From a virus (lineage: Duplodnaviria; Caudoviricetes): 54,289 nt of DNA. Shown here in pieces: positions 16,401 to 25,304 of this stretch. The notes beneath the pieces were generated by a model. The model did no database searches. It saw nothing but the letters and a program-made list of their open reading frames with translations, and was not told the origin of the DNA. Positions within the stretch are counted from its first letter, which is position 1, and every line of letters begins with the position of its first letter. The stretch is taken from positions 1-54,289 of IMG/VR virus record IMGVR_UViG_3300027917_000056, one strand, 5' to 3'. Position numbers and translations under genes: made by a program.

Positions 16401-18435
16401 TCAAACTCGATGGACTGGATTCGGAACAAACTGACTCGGATGACAGTGACGAGAATGACGAGGCACTACTATGAGATGACAGGCTAGAGGTTGAACAAAC
16501 TGACTCGGACGATAGTGACGAGAGACTGGAGAAACACGACCCTGAACTTTCTGAGCTTAGGCTACTCCAACTGGATTCCGAGCAGATAGATTCTGACGAC
16601 TCAGATGAGATGCACGAAAAACTGGAAAGACTGGACTGGCTGGATACACTGAGAATTGATTCGGGCCACCATACAATACTCTCCCGGTCCCTCCAAATGA
16701 TGCTCTCCCGATCTCTCCATACAATGCTCTCAGCAATGGCACCACTATACGATGAATAACTTGACAAGCTGGAAGTTGAGCATACACTCTCCGAGGACAT
16801 GGAACTTTGACACGAGGGGCTGGAGAGACTCGATTCCGAACAGACACTCTCCGAGGATGCGGAGGATAGGCTACTTAAGGATGATGGGCTAGATTCAGAG
16901 CACACACTCTCAGAAGAATATGAGGATAGGGAACTGAGACTGGACAGGCTAGACCAGCTCGACTCAGAACACACGCTCTCGGATGACTCGGAAGAATGGG
17001 ACGAGGTACAGCTCAGAGATGATAGGCTAGATTCTGAGCAGATCGATTCTGATGAGAGTGAGCTCTCGCAACTCAGGGATGACAGGCTGGAAACCGAGCA
17101 CACAGACTCTGAAGATTGGCTCGAACCTGAGGAAATCGACGATGTGCATGACATACTGGACGCTGACGAATACGAAGAGAACTCCACCGTAACGTCATCA
17201 ATAACCGTGGTTTCATTCCCCAGAGCCAGTGCAATCCACTTGCGCTCCGTTGCGCTTGCGGTTGTATAGTTGAGTGTCCATCCATCAGAATCCATGCTGA
17301 CAAAATCAGCGGCATGTATAAGAGTGCCATCGTTCTCATGCAAATATACGGCTCTATTTTCACAGCCAGATTGTGTATCACTAGTGTCCTGATCGTCTTC
17401 GTCTGCAATAGCGTGGCAATATTCACCTCCGTAATGGTCAAAGACGGATATACCAAAAACTCCAGAATATACACCAGTGGCTAAATAGTCGTATGCAGTT
17501 AGAGACGCAAGACCCTGCATCACGAAGATAGGCTTAAAACCAACACCAGTTTGTGAGTCGTCACCAGTGGAAGTTGGCGGCTGTGTTTGTAAGACCTTCT
17601 TATAATCAGAGCCAATGTCTAAGGCAAGATAGAACACATACTGAGATGCAGAATCACCTCCCCTTGTGTATATATCGAATCCATTTGAATTAAAGTTATC
17701 GAGTTCTGCGGTATACGGAGAAGCATCATTAAAAGTCTGATCGTAAATTCTGCCAGGACTGGTTGTGGCTCTTGTGTTGTTTATCGTGGTGTCTTCTGCG
17801 TCCTTTGCGCTGTGCTGCAAGACCATTTGTGAATCAGAGCCGTCATCCACTGCAAAGGCAAGGCCTAGAGTGGCATTAGCTATATATCCGGGTGTATCCA
17901 CTGCCGGATATAGTATGTTACCACAGATAACGACATCTGGTCTGAACCCAACATTAACAGATACATAGCTGTCTTGTGTAGCATGTATAGCTATGTTACC
18001 GACTGCTACGTTATTCAAACCACTAAAGAATACAGCAGTTACCAACGTACCAGCTACATAAGTAGCGTGGGTCGCATCCCAACTAATTCTCACGCCGTCG
18101 GTAATACCGGAATCATAACTCGCAGCGGCCTTCCATTGCCCAGTGCCATCACTGATGGATATACAAGAACTATCTATCGATTGCCGGTAAGTATCACTTG
18201 TACCTTGACCATGCTCTGCATCGATAGTCAAAGACCACTCATTGCTGCCCATGTCCGTGACGCCATAGCCTATGCTGGCATGATCTACCGTACCGTCAGC
18301 GGTAAGCGTATCCTTACCCCAAATAAACAAGACAGCATCAGGAGTGCCAAAACCAGAGATCGTGACATCCTGGGTTCCAGTGGCACCCCCACCCTTATTT
18401 GTAGCAAACCGGGTTATTTTGACATCAATGGCCAT
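13492..18435 (-). CDS. giant Ser/Cys-rich repeat protein (1647 aa), putative virion fibre/adhesin
   Basis: Triplicated N-terminal beta domain; Ser-rich tract (~17180-16120); ConA-like central domain (FTERFE...YFDNV); second tract (~15440-13590). Confidence 0.8.
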   Translation of the reverse strand: MAIDVKITRFATNKGGGATGTQDVTISGFGTPDAVLFIWGKDTLTADGTVDHASIGYGVTDMGSNEWSLTIDAEHGQGTSDTYRQSIDSSCISISDGTGQWKAAASYDSGITDGVRISWDATHATYVAGTLVTAVFFSGLNNVAVGNIAIHATQDSYVSVNVGFRPDVVICGNILYPAVDTPGYIANATLGLAFAVDDGSDSQMVLQHSAKDAEDTTINNTRATTSPGRIYDQTFNDASPYTAELDNFNSNGFDIYTRGGDSASQYVFYLALDIGSDYKKVLQTQPPTSTGDDSQTGVGFKPIFVMQGLASLTAYDYLATGVYSGVFGISVFDHYGGEYCHAIADEDDQDTSDTQSGCENRAVYLHENDGTLIHAADFVSMDSDGWTLNYTTASATERKWIALALGNETTVIDDVTVEFSSYSSASSMSCTSSISSGSSQSSESVCSVSSLSSLSCESSLSSESICSESSLSSLSCTSSHSSESSESVCSESSWSSLSSLSSLSSYSSESVCSESSPSSLSSLSSASSESVCSESSLSSPSCQSSMSSESVCSTSSLSSYSSYSGAIAESIVWRDRESIIWRDRESIVWWPESILSVSSQSSLSSFSCISSESSESICSESSWSSLSSESSGSCFSSLSSLSSESVCSTSSLSSHSSASSFSSLSSESVCSESSPSSLSCLSSWSSESLCSASSLSSLSSLSCVSSRSSESVCSESSYSSLSCTSSASSESVCSTSSYSCVSSYSSTSSTSCTSSYSSESSVSCQSSESSSSLQCDTFTERFEYTSTPGYDESGWLENLTTGTIDENADPADVGSPPGWGSECLKIIAPDNELTNAFNTGQFDLADFYYSFEVIFTDLSEFISGDQATVGLITDNAGGYLWGLVIWHDGSKVIFRVWDYSQSKTVRDNRDTNVTVVEDKRYVIQVKWLSSTNEWAWRINNVDQINNVDTEYPITSEGTLGGTHSENFKAIDLGSHDWFGDTKGYTAYFDNVLVDVCDWESYSSTSSVSSTSSYSSESSTSSESSTSSASCISSWSSESVESASSTSSLSSLSCTSSQSSESVCSASSYSSLSCTSSESSESVCSESSLSSFSCISSLSSYSSESICSESSLSSLSCASSWSSESVCSESSLSSYSCISSRSSLSSESVCSTSSFSSLSSHSSLSSESVCSESSLSSLSSTSCLSSWSSESVCSESSWSSLSCVSSFSSESICSESSLSCESSFSSSSQESKSSPSSLSSLSCISSWSSESICSESSLSSLSCLSSWSSESVCSESSLSSLSSQSCTSSFSSPSSLSSPSSISSESICSESSFSSLSSLSCASSWSSESVCSESSLSSLSCTSSLSSLSSESVCSESSYSSLSCQSSLSSESICSESSLSSHSCASSRSSLSSESVCSESSWSCESSFSSSSQESKSSPSSLSSFSCLSSWSSESVCSESSLSSLSCASSLSSESVCSESSHSSLSSHSSLSSQSSESICSESSHSSLSSLSCESSRSSESVCSESSLSSLSCESSQSSESVCSESSWSSLSCASSLSSLSSLSSWSSESMCSASSFSSLSCTSSLSSLSSISSPSSSCLSCASSWSSFSSLSCESSWSSSSECSKSSSSCTSSISWMAQRVDIEVDIHSEMAIDPDIHEEMVIDPEN
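13590..15440 (-). repeat. coding tandem repeat with a 17/20/23-aa unit, e.g. SSLSSLSCASSWSSESVCSE
   Basis: SSES(V/I)CSE recurs throughout; DNA copies are synonymously diverged. Confidence 0.95.
16120..17180 (-). repeat. first Ser/Cys-rich repeat tract of the 1647-aa protein
   Basis: Same unit, interrupted by three ESI(V/I)W copies (16660-16735). Confidence 0.9.
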
Positions 18436-18740
18436 TAAATCCCCAGCCTTGTTTTGAATGCAGTTTTAGTTGTATATTTGGCTCCATGTGCAGCCATGAG
18501 CATTACGGCATCGAACTCCAAGGCAAACTGTATCTTGTCGGCCTTCGTTCCCAATGCGTCAATGGCATCACAAAGCGCATTAAGATCAGCCTGTGCCTCC
18601 GTATCCAAAGACCAATAGGCTATGATCTGAGCCCGTGTGGTCTGTCCGGCCATGTAGTCTATAATGGCGGCGGCGAACGCATGAACAGCAATATTGGGCT
18701 CCATATCCTCTGGGAAAAGCCTGTCGAACAAGTCAGCCAT
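18435..18740 (-). CDS. hypothetical 101-aa protein coupled to the giant Ser-rich gene
   Basis: GGAGGG RBS; TAATG overlap with the next start. Confidence 0.8.
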   Translation of the reverse strand: MADLFDRLFPEDMEPNIAVHAFAAAIIDYMAGQTTRAQIIAYWSLDTEAQADLNALCDAIDALGTKADKIQFALEFDAVMLMAAHGAKYTTKTAFKTRLGI

Positions 18741-18757
18741 AACTCAATCCCTCCTTC

Positions 18758-19885
18758 TTACTTGACCAGACGTATCTTTATAAATCCGGTACTTGTGAAC
18801 TTTGTTCCGTACTCATGCCAAGTGTCAGCCTCACAGTTTGCTGCCGTAGTGCCAGTTTTGTAGTAGATCGTCGGAGTTGGACCACTTCCACCACCACCAT
18901 ATTTATCAAGGCTGACTACTACCACACCAGAGCCCAAATACCATGTCTCAGATATTCCCTCATCTGAAACTACCAACAGAGAAAGAGTCTCTCCGTCCCC
19001 AGAGCCACTAACCACTCCGTCACCCGTCCAATGATCTGAAAAGGTTCTCTTGTGGTCCTCTGCTACTGCCGTACTATGACCCCAGCAGACTGTACCGATT
19101 ATCTGAGAAGAATATGAGGACCAAGACGAAAGGCAACTCAGACTAGACAGGCTGGACTCCGAACACACGGACTCCGAAGATTGGGAGGAAAGGCTAGAGG
19201 TACTGCTCAGGGACGATAGGCTCGACTCGGAGCAGACGGACTCGGAAGATTGGGATGAGGTACTGCTCAGGGACGATAGGCTAGATTCTGAGCATACGCT
19301 CTCGGAAGAGAGGGACGAATATGAAGACGTACTCGAAAAACTTGACTCGGACGACAGAGAGGATAGGGAGGACAGGGACGACAGGGACGATAAGGACGAC
19401 AGCGAGGACTCGGAACTCTCCTCCAAAGTACCGACTGTGCGAACGTCCCATATGCGAATATCTACAGGATCGGCAGGACCGATTAGGTCAAAAGTAATTC
19501 TTACTTGTAGTTGGGAAAGATCCTGACTTGCTGAGAGGGTTTCTGTTACGGTTTCTGCGGTTGTGGCACGGTTGGCGGAATCGTTTGAGTAATTTCCTTG
19601 CGGAGTGTTAGTAATTTTGTTCCATGCACCACCGCCATTTGTAGAAAACTCAATACACCACTTGTCGTTACCAGTTCCAACATCCGTGGACCACTTGACA
19701 TACAAGGTAAGGGCTGAGTATGAGGCGGAGGCCGCAGCCCAGTTGTAAAAGCGTATAGCAGGAGTATAGTCGTTATCAATATTGTCATAGCCATAATCCG
19801 CGTCATTAGCATTGTAACACTGCGTCGGATTGGTCCACCCGCTACTGTCCGCATGACTCTGTGGTCTTCTGATTTCGTCGGCCAA
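18758..19885 (-). CDS. Ser/Cys-rich repeat protein with two beta-rich domains joined by the same repeat
   Basis: Tract 19105-19420 (SSESVCSESSLSSL) with 60-bp DNA periodicity; TTG start with GAGGGAG RBS. Confidence 0.8.
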   Translation of the reverse strand: MADEIRRPQSHADSSGWTNPTQCYNANDADYGYDNIDNDYTPAIRFYNWAAASASYSALTLYVKWSTDVGTGNDKWCIEFSTNGGGAWNKITNTPQGNYSNDSANRATTAETVTETLSASQDLSQLQVRITFDLIGPADPVDIRIWDVRTVGTLEESSESSLSSLSSLSSLSSLSSLSSESSFSSTSSYSSLSSESVCSESSLSSLSSTSSQSSESVCSESSLSSLSSTSSLSSQSSESVCSESSLSSLSCLSSWSSYSSQIIGTVCWGHSTAVAEDHKRTFSDHWTGDGVVSGSGDGETLSLLVVSDEGISETWYLGSGVVVVSLDKYGGGGSGPTPTIYYKTGTTAANCEADTWHEYGTKFTSTGFIKIRLVK

Positions 19886-20033
19886 GGTCTAAACTCCCTC
19901 AGACATTCGGTACGGACACCCCGCACAAGGCCCCTCCTCTTTTATGGTACTGTGCGTGTGACTTCGCTAATTCTATCTAAATACTACAACTGACCTCCTA
20001 TTTCATTGCGCTGCTGGACACCGATCAGCCAAA

Positions 20034-21506
20034 TCACTGTATCGTACCTCCAGATACAGAAGTGCCAAAAATATTTGTCAGCCCTTCATATTCATATGCG
20101 CCGATGTCCCAATCAGAACCCTGGGGTCTAGTAACAAGATCTGGAACAGGCCAAGTAGCATTCATACCAATACCAATAGTAAAATACGAACTCAATGATG
20201 TCCCGGCATTTATAGTTGGTGCCGTTGATTGAGGAAAAAGAATTGAGCAGGGAGTATGTAATTGAGGATCTGTGCCTGTCACGGTATAGGTACCGGTTGA
20301 ATAATCGGACCCGCTGATGATATTGCCAGATTCTCCACTGCCAGCATTATAGAAATAATTGTAATCGTCCGTAACATTAGCCATGTCTTCGCTAGAACAA
20401 TCCTCGTACACACAATACACATAACCATTAGCGTCCGTATCTTCGACTCGAATGATATTATTTTTGATCTCTACATAACCAGTCGAATATGATCCAGTAA
20501 CAAATCCCAACCCGGCTTTCATCAACTCACTACTTGTATCGGAACCTTTCATACAGATCGTATTATTGTAAATTCTAACTGGAGTTCCGCTGGATGCACC
20601 AGGCTGATGAATTCGAATCACAAGCCGCCAATCGGCTTTGCTGGCAGATGTGTTTTTTGTTGTAGTGAAAATATTATTGTACACTTGTAGATCTTCAACA
20701 TTATATACGCCTTCCGAACCCTCAATATCTATGCCAGATACATAATTAGCCCCTGCAAAAAAGTTATTATATACTCTCACTCCAGATAAATCGCTATTGG
20801 AAGATCCTCTAACAATAACATCTGACTTCTCTGCATTTGCTTCCAAATAATTGCCATATATTTCACTATTATCAGCACCCTCTTGAACAAAAATACAATT
20901 CGATGCGTCATTCATATTGGCAATATAGTTATATCGTATTATCGTGGATGCCGCATCCGTCCAGACTCCATGTTCACCATATCCACCTATTGCGTTAGTA
21001 ATGGTATTACTATCTATAACACTACCACTACCACCGCCCACATATATACCTGGACCATCATAATTGTTTATAGTACAATTAGAAATTGTAGACGCTATCT
21101 CTATTTGTATAATCGGGTCAGATGTAGTCCTTGCACCAGAACTTGTAAAAGCCAATGAATCTATTAGCATACCTCCACTATCGATACGGAAACCATCACC
21201 AGACCCAGAGGCAGTTATGGTGCAACTATTCCCAGACCATAATTGTAGCGTAACATTCTTCGAAATATCCCAATAGAAAGTTCCGGATATGGTTTCTGAG
21301 CCCTTGATATTGATAATATCACCACTTGCGTTACATCCAGAATCACATCCTGTTTTCATGTTTGATAGAGTATTCCATGGATCACCCATGCTTCCATCCC
21401 CATTGGAAACCGCATCAAGATCACAATACCAAGTCGATGCACATACATTTGATATGAAAATCCAATATAAAAGTAAAAAGGAATATCTAATCAAACATTT
21501 ACTCAT
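20034..21506 (-). CDS. right-handed parallel beta-helix protein (pectate-lyase-like fold) with a signal peptide
   Basis: Hydrophobic N-terminus; GDGSMGDPW; repeated I.NN.I / VYNN units; C-terminal INAG...RPQG..WDIGAYEY. Confidence 0.75.
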   Translation of the reverse strand: MSKCLIRYSFLLLYWIFISNVCASTWYCDLDAVSNGDGSMGDPWNTLSNMKTGCDSGCNASGDIINIKGSETISGTFYWDISKNVTLQLWSGNSCTITASGSGDGFRIDSGGMLIDSLAFTSSGARTTSDPIIQIEIASTISNCTINNYDGPGIYVGGGSGSVIDSNTITNAIGGYGEHGVWTDAASTIIRYNYIANMNDASNCIFVQEGADNSEIYGNYLEANAEKSDVIVRGSSNSDLSGVRVYNNFFAGANYVSGIDIEGSEGVYNVEDLQVYNNIFTTTKNTSASKADWRLVIRIHQPGASSGTPVRIYNNTICMKGSDTSSELMKAGLGFVTGSYSTGYVEIKNNIIRVEDTDANGYVYCVYEDCSSEDMANVTDDYNYFYNAGSGESGNIISGSDYSTGTYTVTGTDPQLHTPCSILFPQSTAPTINAGTSLSSYFTIGIGMNATWPVPDLVTRPQGSDWDIGAYEYEGLTNIFGTSVSGGTIQ

Positions 21507-21509
21507 ATT

Positions 21510-22253
21510 TCACCTCGGGTCAGAATCATCGAATATGAAATCATCTAAATCGATAAGCAAACTTGTATCACTTACGGTAGCCGTTGTAGTAACACCAAAC
21601 TCTATTTCATCAACACCATTATAACTAGAAGTATTCAAGGAGTTAGAATTGCCAGTGCCTGATTGCCAAGATCCATCGTAAACAAACAACTGAACAGCGC
21701 CATCCGAAACTCCTATCTTGTAATGGACTGCAATCGGATATTCTGTTGCAGTAGAAATGTCAGCAGGATAATAATATGGATTCGTCCCTTGTGCTGAGAC
21801 CATGCGAAAACCCCGCCAGTTTTGACTGGCATTTGAAATCGCACGAACACTATATTGCAGAACATCAGAATTATCAAAAGTCTCTACATGATAGATATAT
21901 TTATCAGCTCCTAATGAACCTTCTCGATTAGCCTCCCAAGTAAAATATATCCAACTATCTGTTTGATCACCCCCCAAATCCTCTTCAATCCAAGCTCCAG
22001 ATGTACTGTTATAAGTAATACGCATCTGATTGTTCAATATACTAATAGTTGATGTTCCCTCCTCTGTCTCGGAATCCCAAGGCCCTCCAACAGTTGCACT
22101 ATTACTACGGTTGAAATCATCCGAAAAAACATAAGCAGGTGCCTCCATAGCTCCACCTACAATCACTGGATTGATCCACGCCTCGGACTCCGTACAACCT
22201 GAAACCAACGGTATGCAAAGGAAAGCCAAGATAAATATGTATGTTGATTTCAT
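21510..22253 (-). CDS. ConA-like beta-sandwich protein with a signal or lipoprotein-like N-terminus
   Basis: MKSTYIFILAFLCIPLVSGC (lipobox-like); FSDDFN...DLDDF; GAGGAGG RBS before 22253. Confidence 0.65.
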   Translation of the reverse strand: MKSTYIFILAFLCIPLVSGCTESEAWINPVIVGGAMEAPAYVFSDDFNRSNSATVGGPWDSETEEGTSTISILNNQMRITYNSTSGAWIEEDLGGDQTDSWIYFTWEANREGSLGADKYIYHVETFDNSDVLQYSVRAISNASQNWRGFRMVSAQGTNPYYYPADISTATEYPIAVHYKIGVSDGAVQLFVYDGSWQSGTGNSNSLNTSSYNGVDEIEFGVTTTATVSDTSLLIDLDDFIFDDSDPR

Positions 22254-22273
22254 GTGTCCATCCTCCTCATTTT

Positions 22274-23440
22274 CTAATCTCCCACCGTGGTTGTATATTC
22301 CATCTTCATACCCAAGAAGTGCAAAGTAGCTACTGCCGTGGTTGTACCGCCTGCATCTAACTGCACTCTCCACCACAGACTATCCCCAGCCGCACAGGTA
22401 CCTGCACAAGTTACGACATCGGAGGTTGTATGATCCACTCCATTTGAACCTGTTACGTTCGTATCGTCTATAGCCACCTCCGATCCCCATGTGGAACTTG
22501 GCACTTCTGTAGCCCCTCGACATTGACAACAAACATCAGAATGCAGAGCTGCCGTATCCGCAGCAGTTTGCAAATATTCCAATTCAAAAGTCACAGTACC
22601 AGCATTCCACGAATCAGGCATGATAATGTGTCCATACATGGATGAGCCGTCATTATCAGCACATTTTATCGTGTACTGTACAGGTCCAGAGTTTATGGTC
22701 ACTTTTGCAGGATTAGCGCACTGTGTACCATCGGCCACAATACCGGCTCCAGACCAAAAGGCAGATGTAACGATATTGTCCAATACACAGGCATCCTCCC
22801 CCGAACACGTAAAATCTCCAAAATCTTCACTCTGCAAATCTTCGTCACCGACAAGTCCTGTAGCCGTAAAAGCACTTGAAACGGTAGCTCCGGCAGTGGC
22901 ATTAAAAGGCTTTATGCTATCAACTGTCTCGGAAACACCGTCAAGCTCCACATAAGTCTGATTTTCTCCCCCACTATCCTCCACACCTAAATACATAATA
23001 ATGTCGTTCGTACCACCCGAACTATTCGCATAGACTTTTCCGGTGCCCGCATCATTGTCTGAATCCCTGAGTGTAACTGTAGGATCTGCACTTGGTAAGG
23101 AACTCAAATCGTCCCCATTGACATTAAGTAATACCCAACGGCAATTTGCTCCACAAGTACCGTCCGTATCAACATCTATTATCTGTGGACATGGCGATTC
23201 GCTGGTTTCACTGGCTCCGGAGTCTGCGTCCAAGACATATACACAGAAATCCCCGTCAGTGGTTACGACAAATCCACCGTCCCCATCTGCCAAGTTGTTT
23301 CCACTTATGCCGTCCAGGGAAGTGCTTGTGCCGCCAGTCAACGAATCCGCAGGCCAAAAACTGATCGTAGCCATAGCCGGAACAGCCAATAAGATACAAG
23401 CAAAAATGGCAATTATCTTACTCATCCATAGTTTTTTCAT
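22274..23440 (-). CDS. acidic beta-rich protein with a Sec-type signal peptide
   Basis: MKKLWMSKIIAIFACILLAVPAMA; C-terminal MPDSWNAGTV...AGDSLWWRV domain. Confidence 0.7.
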   Translation of the reverse strand: MKKLWMSKIIAIFACILLAVPAMATISFWPADSLTGGTSTSLDGISGNNLADGDGGFVVTTDGDFCVYVLDADSGASETSESPCPQIIDVDTDGTCGANCRWVLLNVNGDDLSSLPSADPTVTLRDSDNDAGTGKVYANSSGGTNDIIMYLGVEDSGGENQTYVELDGVSETVDSIKPFNATAGATVSSAFTATGLVGDEDLQSEDFGDFTCSGEDACVLDNIVTSAFWSGAGIVADGTQCANPAKVTINSGPVQYTIKCADNDGSSMYGHIIMPDSWNAGTVTFELEYLQTAADTAALHSDVCCQCRGATEVPSSTWGSEVAIDDTNVTGSNGVDHTTSDVVTCAGTCAAGDSLWWRVQLDAGGTTTAVATLHFLGMKMEYTTTVGD

Positions 23441-23594
23441 TGCTCTCAAATCTCCATTTGATGTTTGGATTGTCTTGCCATACTGCCGGCTGATCGTCAT
23501 ACATGATTTTCTCTGATATGCTGCATATGCCCAAAAAAGCAATGATCCCGGCAATGACTCCACCAAAGATAACTAATACGATCTTATTGATCAT
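23418..23594 (-). CDS. 58-aa single-TM membrane protein (not in the ORF track)
   Basis: MINKIVLVIFGGVIAGIIAFLGICSISEK...; ATGA-coupled to the upstream GT gene. Confidence 0.55.
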   Translation of the reverse strand: MINKIVLVIFGGVIAGIIAFLGICSISEKIMYDDQPAVWQDNPNIKWRFESNEKTMDE

Positions 23595-24430
23595 ATACTT
23601 GCACCCTCCCTGTTGTCTGATATAGGGTGATTCTCCGGCTTGTACCCGCCCTTTGTAGCCCGTCCCTCCTGGATAGCTTGCTCAAGTTCACGCATCTTTT
23701 TTGGGTTTCGTGGCAACTTGTGGAACAGCCTTTTTTTGTCTTCCTTCGCATGGGGAAAGGCATACATCAGTGGACCTACCCGATGCCGTTCTATTGGCTT
23801 TGAATCTCCACGGTCGATCTGCTCCCTTCTTAGATTTCCATAACGCATATGAAAATCCGAGTCTCCACCGTATTGCCCGTAATATTTAGTCTGATACCCG
23901 CCGAGTTCCAAGTAGATCCACCGACGAATGAGATAGATGTCTTGCACTCCGAAATACTTCTCCTCTTCTCCTGGATAGGCTCCATATTCGTATAGGATCT
24001 CGGGCTCCCTCCTGAGTTGGCCCTCCGCATCCAACACGGCGTACTTACGTGGGAAGTGCATCTTGTCTCCGTCATAAACCACAGCAGCTTCGAATACCTC
24101 TTTAGGCATGATATGATCGATAGCAGTCATGAGCACATATTCTGATTCTGCTCTTTCAACTCCTAAATTCATGGCTAATTGCTGTGTCCAACAGATATTT
24201 GATCCTGTAGGAATGACCCGAAAATTAAAATGTATCTTATCTTTCATGGCCCAGAACAGCTTATGTAATGGAGGCATGGAGTTGTCATCTACCACATGAA
24301 TCATAACTTGTTCCCGTAGTTTATCATCTAACTCAAATATAGAAGACCAAAACAAAATCTGTCTTCTTAAAACTTCATGAGAATCCAGTGTTGGTACTAT
24401 CATCGTGACTTTAGGCTGCGGCACGTCCAT
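23591..24430 (-). CDS. GT-A glycosyltransferase (GT2/GT7-like), paralog 2
   Basis: VTMIVP, VVDDNS, AMNLGVERAE and YLELGGY...GGDSDF motifs. Confidence 0.8.
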   Translation of the reverse strand: MDVPQPKVTMIVPTLDSHEVLRRQILFWSSIFELDDKLREQVMIHVVDDNSMPPLHKLFWAMKDKIHFNFRVIPTGSNICWTQQLAMNLGVERAESEYVLMTAIDHIMPKEVFEAAVVYDGDKMHFPRKYAVLDAEGQLRREPEILYEYGAYPGEEEKYFGVQDIYLIRRWIYLELGGYQTKYYGQYGGDSDFHMRYGNLRREQIDRGDSKPIERHRVGPLMYAFPHAKEDKKRLFHKLPRNPKKMRELEQAIQEGRATKGGYKPENHPISDNREGASI

Positions 24431-25304
24431 ATCCTCCTTTTCTGGCCTTTCCTGCTCGTATTTGTTCAGTCAATTCTTTGATATGTCCACCTTTTCTGGG
24501 CATTTTGTGAAACAGCCCGAGCGGATTCGACATACTCCCAGCGAAACAATGGGTCATCGGTCCCCTCTTGTGCCTACCTATCTTCTCCAGCATTCGTCTC
24601 CTGAAATACGCATACTCCCAGTGGAACTCCACATCCCCAAAGTAATGTCCAAAGTGCCTCGGGTTGTATCCACCTATCTCTAGATATATCCACCTTTTCA
24701 TAGCGTACTGGTCTTGTGCGTCTGGGAGTTTCACTCTATCCGATGGTTTCCATCCATACTGAACCAAAGTGTCGTGGTCTATGAGAATGTCCCCTTGCTC
24801 GTCCAGGACTCCCCAAGCCCTACGAAATTGCATCTTGTCCCCTTGGAAATCGGCCACAGCACGAAAAGCTTCCTTGGACACCATATGATCAATGGCCGTG
24901 TGCAGAACGTATCGGCCTTCGGCTCTCTCTGCGCCCATATTGGCCCCAAGCATCTGTGTCCATGGGATCTCGCTCTCCGTGCGAAACACCACATAGTCGA
25001 AATTGACTGCCCTACGATTCTCCTCAAACACGCTCTCCAGGGGAGGGTCGGACATATCGTCCGCCACTACGATCTGACACCGACCCTTTAGGTCCTGATC
25101 GTCCGAGAATACGTGCTTGGACCAAAACAAAATCTGCCTCCTCAGGACCTCATGCGAGTCCAGCACGGACATGACCAGGGAAACATCATACCGATACTCA
25201 CGACTCCTTTCTCTATCCAGCCTCTCCTCCGCCTCCTTCTCGGTGAATCGGGGCAGATGCGGTTGTTTCATGTACGGCAATAGTTTATCCAGATTGTACA
25301 GCAA
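24411..25304 (-). CDS. GT-A glycosyltransferase (GT2/GT7-like), paralog 1
   Basis: VSLVM, VVADDMS, ANMGAERAEG and YLEIGGY...GDVEF motifs; shares LDSHEVLRRQILFWS with its neighbour. Confidence 0.8.
   Translation of the reverse strand: MLYNLDKLLPYMKQPHLPRFTEKEAEERLDRERSREYRYDVSLVMSVLDSHEVLRRQILFWSKHVFSDDQDLKGRCQIVVADDMSDPPLESVFEENRRAVNFDYVVFRTESEIPWTQMLGANMGAERAEGRYVLHTAIDHMVSKEAFRAVADFQGDKMQFRRAWGVLDEQGDILIDHDTLVQYGWKPSDRVKLPDAQDQYAMKRWIYLEIGGYNPRHFGHYFGDVEFHWEYAYFRRRMLEKIGRHKRGPMTHCFAGSMSNPLGLFHKMPRKGGHIKELTEQIRAGKARKGGYGRAAA

Noticed and set aside
13604-16487. Plus-strand ORFs with acidic or basic repeats (e.g. LDSEHTDSED, 253 aa)
   Set aside because: Antisense shadows of the Ser codon repeats; no RBS, and they lie opposite a coherent 1647-aa gene.
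13590-19420. Repeats as a CRISPR array or as DGR template/variable repeats
   Set aside because: Units are in-frame and vary at synonymous sites; there are no unique spacers, no adenine-specific variation and no reverse transcriptase in the window.
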